Source: Octopus bimaculoides
Lineage: Eukaryota
Direction of reading: 5' to 3'
Length of the DNA stretch: 64,000 nucleotides
NCBI RefSeq assembly: GCF_001194135.2
Contig: NC_068981.1
Span: 135,116,458-135,180,457 of the forward strand
Shown: positions 1-11,319 of the stretch, in pieces
How the letters are laid out: every line of letters begins with the position of its first letter
Position numbering within the stretch: position 1 is the stretch's first letter
Notes under the pieces: generated by a model
What the model was told of the DNA's origin: nothing
The model's input: the letters and a program-made list of their open reading frames with translations, nothing else
The model's database searches: none
Made by a program: the position numbers and the translations under genes

Positions 1-676
1 CTATAAATACTGTTTATGTTCATTTGAACAATAAGAATTAATGGGAATTTTTTTTTTTTAAGACATTGGCAATTAAATGTTTATGACACAATTTAAAAAG
101 GCTTTTGATGTATACAAGTTTTTATGTGCCATTACAAAGTATAAAAGCTTTTGTTGCTTAAATTATCTTGTACAGCATTAATGTGTACAAATTGTTTTTT
201 TACAACTGAATGTTTCAATTTTCAAACATGAAATAGGTGAACTTAAATGCTGTGTGTTTGAGAAACTTACTTCCCAATCATATCGTCTTGGGTTCAGTCT
301 CACTGTGTGGTACCTTGAATAAGTGGTTTCTACTAGAGACCCAACCAAAGTCTTGTGAATGTATTTGGTACACAGAAACTAAAAGAAGCCCATTTTGTGT
401 GCATGCTCACTTGCTCTTATCTAGAAATCATGTGATAGATGTAAATGAGCATCATTGTCATACAAGTGAGGTGGTTTGTTTCCAATCTTCTGTGAAAAAC
501 ATGTCCAACTATGGGGAAATATTGCTTTGCTTGGAAATGGGTGAAGGTTGGCAACAAGAAGGGCCACAGAAAACTTACCCCTGCAAGTGTTGGAAAGGGG
601 ACATTAAATGATGATGATGATTTATTGTTTAACATTTCTTTGTTTCATTTTATTTTTTATTTATGGTATTTTTCAG

Positions 677-738
677 GGTTTTTGGTTTCACTATTGAAGA
701 AGATATGGAAAGTGATGTTAACCAGCATGACGATCTCG
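677..738 (+). CDS. SUCO: SUCO coding exon: end of SUN domain, (R)VFGFTIEEDMESDVNQHDDL
   Basis: Acceptor tttcag at 676 and donor gtaagg at 739; 62 nt, phase 2 to 1. RVFG followed by an acidic stretch matches the SUN-domain end of SUCO as I recall it (IRVFGTSMVEEYEE). Earlier exons lie outside the window. Confidence 0.8.
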
Positions 739-1280
739 GTAAGGCTAATTAAACTATTTTTATTTACTGTATTTGATGGCATAAACAATGCACAGGCATA
801 TTAGATGCACCCCAATTTCTGTAGTATATATTCAGGGAAAAGGTTTTGATGCATTAAAGCTTGTAATATAAGCCTAAGTTCACATATAGGACCTGGGGTG
901 ATTTTTGCTACATAATTTTTGAAAAAAAGTGCATATTATTTGCCATTTACAGTATTTCTTTTAAAATTTGTTTTAGTCAAGAGGAAAGGATGGTCCTTTG
1001 AGCTTGTCAGATTCTGTTGTAAATATATTTGGATTTTGAAAGAAGCAGTACGAGTTTTTCTATAGCTATAAAAACATTTATTACATTCACTAAAAACTCT
1101 ATTGAATTTCCAATCCTCTCAGTGAAATGTTTAGATAAAAAGTCTATAGAAATGATTGCGTCAAAACAATTGTGTTTATGTGCAGTTGTTTGCATTTACA
1201 GAAATGTTGTTGTTATCATGTTGCAATATATTGAACTTGTTCTTTTGTTAATGGATTCTAATTCACCTTTTATATTTCAG

Positions 1281-1331
1281 ATGATGATGTACAAGATGAA
1301 CCTCCAGTAAATTTATTTGCTAGTGCCAAAG
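1281..1331 (+). CDS. SUCO: SUCO coding exon DDVQDEPPVNLFASAK
   Basis: Acceptor tatttcag and donor gtgtgg; 51 nt, phase 1 to 1. NLFASAK resembles the SUCO NL(L/F)GSA motif and joins in frame to both neighbours. Confidence 0.75.
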
Positions 1332-1357
1332 GTGTGGATGCTTTACCTCATTCAGTC

Positions 1358-1360
<3 letters not shown>

Positions 1361-1408
<48 letters not shown>
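1361..1408. repeat. (CT)n microsatellite
   Basis: Direct reading. Confidence 0.95.
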
Positions 1409-1410
<2 letters not shown>

Positions 1411-1998
1411 CCTACCCTTTCCAATTTCTCTCTCCACCTACTCATTCCATTTTCTCTCTCTCCTACTCTCTCAACACCATCCCTCTTTCTCTCCCCCTCC
1501 TTTGATAATCTGCTGTGCTAGGTTGAGCAATGGAAATTTCTTCTCCTATTCTTTCTAATAAATAATCAAAAGATGCAAAATGCATAGACATGTTTGCATG
1601 TTCGTACAGATTAATCGTCATAAACATAAATGCATATGCATACTTGATTTCTTCCATTTCTGGCTTCCACTTCCAGAGTATTTAACTTATATTTAATAAC
1701 TCTGTGTGTGTGTTATAATAGAATGCCAAATTTCATCATCATCATCATCCAGTGTTTTGTCCCCGGTAACGAGGATGGCTGGATCTACCTCAATGCCATA
1801 GCAACTTTACCCAGTTTTGGGCATCCTTCTTTTTCAAACCAACCCTCCCAATCTCCTCCTCCACTTTTTCCTCGGTCTACCTCACTTTCACGCTCTATTT
1901 ACCTCAGACACAATCGCCCTCCTCAGAACATGCCCTTCATCCCTTCTCAACACATGCCCACACCACCTCACACTGTCTTTTCCTTTGTCTGTCTCCAG

Positions 1999-2157
1999 AC
2001 ACAGTTTTAAGGTTGGTGAAGCATGTACTGACAACCGGCAATGAACAGGCTACTAAAGAGAATGCAGACGGCAGTCACACTGGTCATCCTGAAGAAAATA
2101 AATCCAACGCAACATCTCAGAAGATCAAGACTCCTAATGTCACTATTCCATGTCAAG
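1999..2157 (+). CDS. SUCO: SUCO coding exon DTVLRLVKHVLTTG...VTIPCQ
   Basis: Acceptor gtctccag and donor gtaatt; 159 nt, phase 1 to 1, open frame continuing NLFASAK-DTVLRLVK. Confidence 0.75.
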
Positions 2158-2278
2158 GTAATTAATTCCTTTGTCACATTTATTCCATGTCAGAATCCTT
2201 CTTCCATCTTACTGCCGTTCTAAAACAAACCTGCAATGTTTATTGCTTTGTATCAGAGTGGAATTCTTTTCCCTTTCA

Positions 2279-2616
2279 AAGGGGTGCTGAAAAGTTCCTG
2301 GCTCTGGTTAAAAGAAAATACAGGAGGATCAGTTGATTATTATCTTATTCAACATATTCCCCTCTCAGATCCACACACTTATTGCTGCAGCAGTCCTCCA
2401 GTTTTTCTAAGCCCTGTAAAAGAACTCAGAAGTTAGGCCTCCAGCCAGGCCTTTCGCAACACCCTTAAAGCCAGGAACTTTTCAGCACTCCCTCATATGC
2501 ACACACACACATGCAGGGTGCCGAAAAGTTCCTGGCTGTAAAAAAACTCGGTGGGTTGGGTCTCCAACAGGAATTTCACAATACCCTTAAAGCCAGGAAC
2601 TTTTCAGCACTCCTTC
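2279..2616. mobile_element. Two adjacent mariner-derived MITEs (2279-2494 and a shorter 2514-2616)
   Basis: TIRs ggggtgctgaaaagttcctggct and agccaggaacttttcagcactcc. The minus strand of copy 1 reads QGLEKLEDCCSNKCVDLRGEYVE*, a mariner transposase C-terminus. Confidence 0.75.
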
Positions 2617-2943
2617 ATATATATTTACTGAAATATTGAGCTTTCATAATTTTCAGTTTTGTACTCTAGTAGTCTTTCAATTTCAGTTAACTACTGTTCT
2701 GTCCTCTCCACATGTACTTCTTCTCTGTACTCCTTGATTACTTCAGCTGAACCTGCCCTGTTCCAAGCTTTGAGACCAAGTCCTTGATTCTGAGTATATC
2801 TCAATGTGTTGCTGCTTATCACAGCAATCCATGAGTCATGGTTTCTTTCCCTTCTCTTCCACAAATCTTGAAAACCCCTTTAAAAAATGGTCTCATGTAC
2901 TGCCCTTCCTCCACTGATAGAGCCATAAAAAAATGTTCTTTAA

Positions 2944-3155
2944 CCCTTTAGTATTCAGATTTTTCTGTCAAATGAAATGCTATTTTTATTCACATTGTTT
3001 TGAATTAACCATGCATTATCTTGTAGCTTGGAGATTTCAAAGATGTGATTGTTTATTTTTAGAATGACATTGTAGGGTATGTTTGAGAGGCCAGATCTGG
3101 CCAGTTTGAACATGGAACAAGTAGAATATTTGGGTCAGATTTGAGTGCTAAAGGA
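2944..3155. mobile_element. piggyBac-type MITE, inverted relative to the 28545 copy
   Basis: ttaa|ccctttagtattc ... gagtgctaaagga|ttga; the interior is the reverse complement of 28545-28760. Confidence 0.65.
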
Positions 3156-3365
3156 TTGAAAGAGAAGGGGGGGGGGAAGCAAAAGCATTCAACTGAACTG
3201 CACTGTTGACAGTGAATATTCAGTCTTGTCCTGGTATTGTAGAAGTCATAGCATTTTCTTTTCGACAACTACATGAAAATAAAAGGAATTATTGGTTAGG
3301 AGAATCAACTATATTTTTGTCTTTTGAAGCAGTTTCATTCAGGCAAGTATCTTCTGTATTTACAG

Positions 3366-3450
3366 AAAATTGTTTAAACGGTACCCAAAAGAACGCCACC
3401 AACACCACCTCCACCAATAGCACACAGCTGCCGTGTGTACCACAAGTAAG
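3366..3450 (+). CDS. SUCO: SUCO coding exon ENCLNGTQKNATNTTSTNSTQLPCVPQVR
   Basis: Acceptor tatttacag; the frame-preserving donor is gtcagt at 3451; 85 nt, phase 1 to 2. S/T-rich with N-glycosylation sequons. A competing gtaagg donor lies at 3446 (see findings). Confidence 0.6.
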
Positions 3451-3734
3451 GTCAGTCCTTTGACAAGTCACCAATTTCTCATTTCTTTTGAATTTGATTT
3501 TGCAATTTTTTTAAATACTTTTTATCCTTTACTTGTTTCAGTCATAGACTGCGGCCATGCTAGGGCACTGTCTTGAAGGGTTCAGTCGAGCAGTACTTAT
3601 TTTTTAAAGTTTGGTACTTATTCTATCGATCTCTTTCATTAAACTGCTAAGTAATGGTGGTGTAAACGATCCGATGCCAGTTGTCGAGTGGTGGCAGTGG
3701 GGTGGGAACACACACACACACACACACACACACC

Positions 3735-3895
3735 ATCAACGTCACCGTTTAACGTCCGCTTTCCATGCTAGCATGGGTTGGACGATTTGACTGAGGACTG
3801 GTGAAACCGGATGGCAACACCAGGCTCCAATCTGAATTTGGCAATGTTTCTACAGCTGGATGCCCTTCCTAACGCCAACCACTCAGAGAGTGTAG
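3735..3895 (-). mobile_element. Family D repeat copy
   Basis: By eye it differs from 58488-58650 at only a handful of positions over ~160 bp. Confidence 0.7.
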
Positions 3896-4200
3896 AGACA
3901 GTACACACACATACATATATTTATATGACAGGTTTCCATCTACCAAATTTACTAACAAGGTATTAACCAGTCTGGAACTATAGTAGAAAACACTTGCCCA
4001 AGATGAGAATGAACTTGAAACAAAGTGGTTGTGATGAAAAAGCTTCTTAACCACACAGCCATGCCTGCTCCATAAAATATAATATTAAACACATATTTTA
4101 AAGCTGATTCCTAAGTTTTACCCAGTATTTAATATTGAATCTAGTGAAGTTCTTTATTGCTTCTATTCCATGTATTTCTTACCTTTATACTTGTGATATA

Positions 4201-4586
4201 GTGGAGGCGCAATGGCCCAGTGGTTAGGACAGCGGACTCGCGGTCATAGGATCGCGGTTTTGATTCCCAGACCGGGCGTTGTGAATGTTTATTGTGCAAA
4301 AACACCTAAAGCTCCACGAGGCTCCGGCAGGGGATGGTGGCGAACCCTGCTGTACTCTTTCACCACAACTTTCTCTCACTCTTACTTCCTGTTTCTGTTA
4401 TGCCTGTAATTCAAAGGGTCAGCCTTGTCACACTGTGTCACGCTGAATCTCCCCGAGAACTACGTTAAGGGTACACGTGTCTGTGGAGTGCTCAACCACT
4501 TGCACGTTAATTTCACGTGCAGGCTGTTCCGTTGATCGGATCAACTGGAACCCTCGACATCGTAAGCGACGGAGTGCCAACAACAG
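4201..4586 (+). mobile_element. Full-length tRNA-derived SINE (family A)
   Basis: A-box-like tggcccagtgg and B-box-like ggttttgattccc, ~390 bp with a caacaac tail. Homologous copies at 9705-10060, ~21850-22150 and ~59095-59410. Confidence 0.8.
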
Positions 4587-5214
4587 CTTGTGATATCAAG
4601 TGAGAAAAGAAGGCGATAAACCATTGATTTAGTGACCATATAATTAATTTACAAAGTATTATATTATAATTCTTTTATTTTATTATTTTTCTTGAACCCT
4701 AGGAGTCATAAGGTTGATTACCCTGTTTCTATATCTAAGTGACCAAGATAAGAACATTCCTTCTGAATGGGATGCAGGTGTGTTGCAGGATTCAAAACCA
4801 GCAAGTTTACTTGAGGGAATGGGGGCAAGTTGATTGCATCAACCACAGTACTTGACTGGTACTTTGTTTTATTGACCCTGAATGAGATGGAAAGCAAAGT
4901 TGACCTCAGCAGCATTTGAACTCAGAACATATAAAAGAGCTAGAAGAAATACCATTAAGCAATTTTTCTGACGTTCTTAATGGTTCTGCCAGCTGACTGC
5001 CTTAGCAACATTGAAATTTGTAATCAAAATTAAGATATCATAAATGAGACTGCCTGTGAGTAATTCTGTTTAAATTCTAAAATTACAAATTAAAATCAAT
5101 TTGTGATTTCAGTTTTTCTGAACATATGTTAGTGTCAAGTTGCAGTATAAATTAATGTAACTCTCTCCCAATTCACATGAGAAAATATTATTCATACTGT
5201 TTTATATTTTGCAG

Positions 5215-5312
5215 GGTTAACGCTAGTACAACAACCAAAGCAATTGAGCCTTCTGCAGCAAGTGAACAGATACAGCCTTCGATGCCTGAAGGTTCTGTCA
5301 GTCAAGTACCAG
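5215..5312 (+). CDS. SUCO: SUCO coding exon VNASTTTKAIEPSAASEQIQPSMPEGSVSQVP
   Basis: Acceptor ttttgcag and donor gtaaga; 98 nt, phase 2 to 1; joins in frame to the large exon. Confidence 0.75.
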
Positions 5313-5805
5313 GTAAGAATTATTTCTACTTTTCACTGTAACAATTGAGAGACGTTTGGAATTTTTTTTTTTTATTTTACCTTTTATCTTTTACTTGTTT
5401 CAAGTCATTGGACTATGGCCATGTTGGAACAAATCAACCCCAGAATTTTTTTTAAAGTCTGAGATTTATTCTATTGATCTCTTTTGTGAAACTGCTAAGT
5501 TATGGGGACATAAACAAATCAACACCAGGTGTCAAGCAGTGACAGGGGGACAACCACAAAGACACACACACACACACACACACTTGTGATGGGCTTCCAC
5601 ACAGTTTCCATCTACCAGATTCACTCACAAGACATTGGTCAGCCTGGAGCTAAAGTAGAAGACGCTTGCCCAAGTTGCTGCCAATAGGATTGAACCTGAT
5701 ACCACATGGTTGCAAAGCAAGCTCTTTAGCCACACAGCCATGCATGCTATTTGAATTTCTGACTTACGAAACTTCTTTTTTTATTATTATTTTTTCTCTT
5801 TCCAG

Positions 5806-7072
5806 AAAGCCCTGTCCAGTCTCCCAGTGAAAAGCTAGTCACTATATTAAATGATGATGAACAGGTTCCAATATCTGACACAGCTTCAAATGAACCAATG
5901 GTACAGCTTATTGAAAGTGAAGAACAACATCATCCTGCTGTTTTAAGCAGTTACATCACTTGCTGTCTTATATGCCCTTTGAAGAAAACTAGTACTAAGT
6001 ATTCTAGCTCTCGGTCTTTAAAATGTCAGTTTTTGAAGAGAGTATCTGCCATTGCTACATCATCCAAAAAAGATTCCATTTCGTGGAAAGTTCCTCTCAT
6101 AAGTAAAATTGTCGAGGAGCCGTCTGCAGCTCATACGTCTGACACTGATTTATTCACTAAAAGTATTTTGCATTCAGCAGATAGTAAATCTGACCAAAAC
6201 ATTGTTACACTAGAAACTGAAACAAGTTCGTCACATTCAACCAAAACTGCAAATTTAACAGTTTCAGAACCAACAGCAAGTCTCTATCCTAGCTCTGAAG
6301 TGCACACGGCTTTAGAAAGTGAAAAAACTATACTGACAGATCAGAAATCTTCAGAGAGTTCTGTTGTAGCACAAGTAATTTCAAAGGCTGAACATTCTGA
6401 GTTTGAATCTGTCTCGAGTTTACCAAAGGAGGAGGTGAATGAAACCAGTTCTTTTGTCAGTGATATACCTTCTACGGAGCAGAAGACGGCTTCATCCAAA
6501 ATGGCATCTTCCGGTGGAGAACCTGTTGATTTCCGGACTCCAGCCACTACACTTTATATCGAACCAAGTTCCACATCTGTAAAACAAGTTGAGCTAAATG
6601 GGGTCACATCCGAGCATTACGATTCCCATTTGTCCCCTTCCGATCTTTTATTTGCAAAATCAGAATCTACTGCCACCTTATTAGATAAACAAGACGTAAC
6701 TCTGGGTATCAAGTCTGACGACAAAGCTAAGCTGAAGGAAACTGAGAGTAACATCATCACCACTGCAAGCCTTCCTAAAAGTGGGGAGGAAATGGAGCCA
6801 ACTGGGGCAAATATTGTACCCACAAGAGTCTCTGAATCTCCTTCCAAAGCTGTAGTCCCAGAGTCTTCATCCATATCTATTTCATCAATGACAGCCGAAG
6901 ACAAAGTGGTGAAGGCTGTGAATATTACTGACCCTAAGGTAGATAGTAAAGGTCGACCTTTATACACATTAGTTCGTGTTGGTCTGCCACCAGCTGGTAA
7001 AAGAGAATCCGCTATAATGAGGCTGAATAACCGCATCAAAGCACTGGAACTTAATGTCTCTCTCAGCAGTAG
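5806..7072 (+). CDS. SUCO: SUCO large exon: S/T/E-rich luminal region ending [26 protein letters not shown]
   Basis: Acceptor ctttccag and donor gtaagt; 1267 nt, containing ORF 5898-7076. [24 protein letters not shown] matches the hallmark SUCO/SLP1 coiled-coil start ([22 protein letters not shown]). Confidence 0.93.
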
Positions 7073-8398
7073 GTAAGTTTGTTATTAACCATAAGGTTTT
7101 CATTTCTTCAATCTGAATTCATTCCTTGTTGTTGCTGTTTAGGCACAAGTCAGCCCCAATTGAACAGGTGTATGTAATCAAAGACATTCCACCCATAACC
7201 ATCTTGTCTTTATTTTATTTTCAGACGTGTACTATGGTCTGCTATAGCTATCGTAGATTTTTAAGACAAAAAGGTATGGTTTGAACCAGAACTTTGGTTA
7301 CTGTTTCTAACAGTCAAAGGTGCAGGGCCTAGTTGTTAGGGTATTGCACTCATTATTGTAAGATTATGGTTTCAATTCCAGGATAGGCAGTGTATTGTGT
7401 TCTTGAGCAAAATATTTTATTTCGCAACAAAAGAATTTAGAAATTTCAAGAGAACGTGAAATAATTCTTTTCTTTCAAATGGATCTCAAAGCAAATAAAA
7501 CTTTAAATAAGAGTGCAAATATTGGTTTAAAAAACCCCTTGGATAGAAAAAGTCAGTCTCGCCGTAAAATGCAACCCACACCTTCTGTAAATATGACAGG
7601 TGTTCTACCATTTCACATTGCCCCAGTTCACTCAGCTGTAAATGAGTTCCAGCAATAGCTGGGAAGTTAATGCTGAGATGGACCAGTGTCCCGATCAGTG
7701 GGAAAAGCATTGTAATATCAGTCACTGATATGCTATGGAAACCACATTTAACCTTTGGCCTGATGAGTCCTCAGAGTTGTGATAGACCTAGGTATTTCTA
7801 GCAGGCCAAGCAACCACATAGAGGCTTCTTCATTAGTTTGTTAATGAATTGTCTGAGGTAATTTATGAATATTCATTTCTTTATTGCCCNNNNNNNNNNN
7901 NNNNNNNNNNNNNNNNNNNNNNNNNNNNNNNNNNNNNNNNNNNNNNNNNNNNNNNNNNNNNNNNNNNNNNNNNNNNNNNGGGGGGGGGGGGCTAAACAGA
8001 GGGGACAGACAAAGGGATTAAGTTGATTACATCGACCCCAGTACGCAACTGGTACTTAATTTATCGACCCCACAAAAGGAGGAAAAGCAAAGTCAACCTC
8101 AGTGGAATTTGAACTCAGAACGTAAAGACAGACAAGATACCACTAAGCATTTTGCCTGGCCTGCTAACGTTTCTGCCAGCTCTCTGCCTTAGTAATTTAT
8201 GAATATTGGTGGTTAAAAAGTGAATTTGTAAGAAATTAATGAAATTGCAGGAAATACCAAAAATTGCCATTTTTTTAAATGTTGTCATTCTAAGGCATAA
8301 AAGGCTGACTTTACATATTCAGTAAATCTTCTATCTTAGACTTGTTTCAGTCATTGGCCTGTGGCCATGCTAGGGCACCACGTTGAAATGATTTAGTT

Positions 8399-8712
8399 CA
8401 GGGGTTATCAACTATTTTTTTTATTCATGAACCCCTTTGATTATTTTATTTTATTTTTGGTGGACCCCCCATAACCATTCAATGATTTTTTTTCTTTTTT
8501 ACACATTCACTTGTGTAGGTTGAACTATGTAAAATGTTAGATAAAGGAACTGAGCTGTTTCTTGCAATACATACCTCTGAAGGAAAAAAAACTTTTTTAG
8601 GGGCCCTTAAAATACTATTGTAGATGCCCCATTTACTATTTTGTTGCATGGACCCCCAAAAATCTTATATGGACTCTCTGGGGCCATATTGGACCCTGGT
8701 TGAGACCCACTG
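8399..8712. mobile_element. hAT-type MITE nested inside a SINE
   Basis: Ends caggggttatcaac and gttgagacccactg; flanks atttagtt and attgagtt (7/8). The SINE sequence is interrupted at 8398 and resumes at ~8713. Confidence 0.7.
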
Positions 8713-9186
8713 ATTGAGTTGAAGAAATCGACCCCAGTACTTTTTTTTAAGTCTGGTACTTATTCTATCGGTTTCTTTGCTGAACCACTAAGTTATGGCG
8801 ATGTAAACAAATCAACAGTAGCTGTTAAGATGTGTGGGGTACACACACACACACAATGTATGTGTATATATGCAACTGGTTTCCAGACACTTTACATCTA
8901 CTACCTTCACTCATAAGGCTTTGGTCAGCTCAGGGCTACTGTAGAGAAACACTTGCCTAAGGTGCCATGCAGTGAGACTGCACCCAAAGCCACGTCATTG
9001 CAAAGTGAGCTTCTTAACCACAAAGCCATTCCTGTGACTGTGACCAAGATTTTGGGGAATTTATTTGGTGGTAAAGAACAGTCAGTTGCTGAACATTGGT
9101 AGCATTAAGAACTGTCAGATAAACTTTTTGGTTAGAAGTGAAATACTCTGACTTTTTATTAAACTGTAAACTTTTTTCTCTGGCAG

Positions 9187-9298
9187 ATTTCTGGATGAGT
9201 TGAGTCAACGATATCGCAAACAGTCAGAAGAAATGATGCATTTTCTAAACAAAACAGTGGCACGTCTTGGAAATGTAACAAAAAAGACTCAGGAAACG
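9187..9298 (+). CDS. SUCO: SUCO coiled-coil exon [37 protein letters not shown]
   Basis: Acceptor tggcag and donor gttagt; 112 nt, phase 2 to 0. Matches the SUCO motif [23 protein letters not shown]. Confidence 0.93.
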
Positions 9299-9704
9299 GT
9301 TAGTACCATTTTCAGATTCTGTTTTTTTTTTTTGAAACATCATCATTGATTATCCATTAAATAATTTGTTTGATTGTTAATTATTGAATAATTCCAGTCA
9401 TCATCATCATCATTTAACATCTGCTGTTCCATGCTTGCATGGGTCAGGCAGAATTTGTTAAAACATTTTTCTACAGCCAGATGCCCTTTCTGTAACCTAC
9501 TCTCATTTGTTTCTAAGCCAAATAATATTTTCCTGTAGCAGGACATGTTTTACATGGAAGACTGGAAACAAGCAACCTTGTTAGTATGATGGTGATGCTC
9601 TCTTAGAATCATCATGTGATGTCTAGATAAAGGTTTAAATACACATGCATGTACTTACACATACAAATATATGTGTGTGTGTGCATATATATCGTGCACA
9701 ATAT

Positions 9705-10060
9705 CCATCGGTTACAACGATGAGGGTTCCAGTTGATATGATCAACGGAACAGCCTGCTCATGAAATTAACATGCAAGTGGCTGAGCACTCCACAGACAT
9801 GTGTACACTTAACGTAGTTCTTGAGGGGTTGGGATTCAGCATGACACAGTGTGACAAGACTGGCCCTTTGAAATACAGGTACAACAGAAACAGGAAAAAA
9901 GAGTGAGAGTTGTGGTGGAAGAATACAAACAGGGCTTGCCACCACCCCCTGCTGGAGCCTCATGAAGCTTTAGGTGTTTTCGCTCAAAAAACACAACGCC
10001 CGGTCTAGGAATCAAAACCGCAAGTCTGCTGCCCTAACCACTGGGCCATTGCGCCTCCAC
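9705..10060 (-). mobile_element. tRNA-derived SINE (family A), inverted relative to 4201-4586
   Basis: Its reverse complement starts atatagtggaggcgcaatggcccagtggttagg, identical to the 4201 copy, and is colinear throughout. Confidence 0.8.
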
Positions 10061-10090
10061 TATATATACAAAAAATCTCTCAAATATCAT

Positions 10091-10353
10091 CATTTCTAAA
10101 AATAGATTTGGCATCATTTCTAAGAATAACCAAACACCTACTGGGGTTTAAAAATCTTATCCCTACAACCCAAACACAAAACAATTTCTCAAATGTCATT
10201 TCTAAAAATAAATTTGGCATTATTTCTAAGAACACCCAAACACCTACTGGGGTTTAAAAATCTTATCCCTACAACCCAAACACAAAACAATTTCTCAAAT
10301 GTCATCATTTCTAAAAATAAATTTGACATCAATTCTAAAAATAGCCAAACACA
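10091..10353. repeat. Minisatellite-like tandem repeat, ~106-bp unit, about 2.4 copies
   Basis: catttctaaaaata...ccaaacacctactggggtttaaaaatcttatccctacaacccaaacac starts at 10091 and 10197, with a partial third copy at 10306. Confidence 0.85.
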
Positions 10354-11319
10354 TACTGCTGCTGTCCAAAGGAATTGGTATAAAAGACAGAAAACCAACC
10401 AACCTATTACAGTCTGTTAAAGTCTGTCATACCGGCCATGATGAAATACCACAAGGTATAGAAAATACGTATTCGCCTTTATATATTTAATCCTTTATAT
10501 TGAACACTCAATATTTCATCTATTCAATAAGACATATTCCATATATNNNNNNNNNNNNNNNNNNNNNNNNNNNNNNNNNNNNNNNNNNNNNNNNNNNNNN
10601 NNNNNNNNNNNNNNNNNNNNNNNNNNNNNNNNNNNNNNNNNNNNNNNNNNNNNNNNNNNNNNNNNNNNNNNNNNNNNNNNNNNNNNNNNNNNNNNNNNNN
10701 NNNNNNNNNNNNNNNNNNNNNNNNNNNNNNNNNNNNNNNNNNNNNNNNNNNNNNNNNNNNNNNNNNNNNNNNNNNNNNNNNNNNNNNNNNNNNNNNNNNN
10801 NNNNNNNNNNNNNNNNNNNNNNNNNNNNNNNNNNNNNNNNNNNNNNNNNNNNNNNNNNNNNNNNNNNNNNNNNNNNNNNNNNNNNNNNNNNNNNNNNNNN
10901 NNNNNNNNNNNNNNNNNNNNNNNNNNNNNNNNNNNNNNNNNNNNNNNNNNNNNNNNNNNNNNNNNNNNNNNNNNNNNNNNNNNNNNNNNNNNNNNNNNNN
11001 NNNNNNNNNNNNNNNNNNNNNNNAAAACAACAAAGTGAGGACGTGATATGGATAGTATTATTGGACGCTCAGGAAAGGAAAGAGAGAGTGTATATATATA
11101 TATATATATATATATAAATATAAATAAAGTGTGAGTTTGGAGGGATATATTTATCCAGGCAGATACTATATTAGCTCTCAGTTAACAGCTAACCATTACG
11201 ATCAGTGTTTAATGTCTCTGACTACAACTTGCTGCTGGTTACTCTGAATTCTTCTGATGTCCACTGCGCTGGACAGTAAAAATTGTCTGGAGTATCTCCA
11301 TACTTTTTATTATTAATAT

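Noticed and set aside
1730-1975. Purine-rich minus-strand stretch ending in (GAT)n, resembling an RTE LINE 3' end
   Set aside because: Plausible, but there is no unambiguous protein motif; left uncalled.
4201-4275. tRNA-like sequence with A and B boxes
   Set aside because: It continues into a ~390-bp repeat body with several copies and lacks a proper cloverleaf, so it is a SINE head rather than a tRNA gene.
6341-7039. Antisense ORFs (68 and 140 aa) over the large SUCO exon; likewise 41716-42270 over LARP4
   Set aside because: Typical antisense shadows of low-complexity coding sequence.
10500-11117. Long ORFs at 10500-11117, 33239-33778 and 36763-37296
   Set aside because: They are made of N-run X residues and microsatellites.
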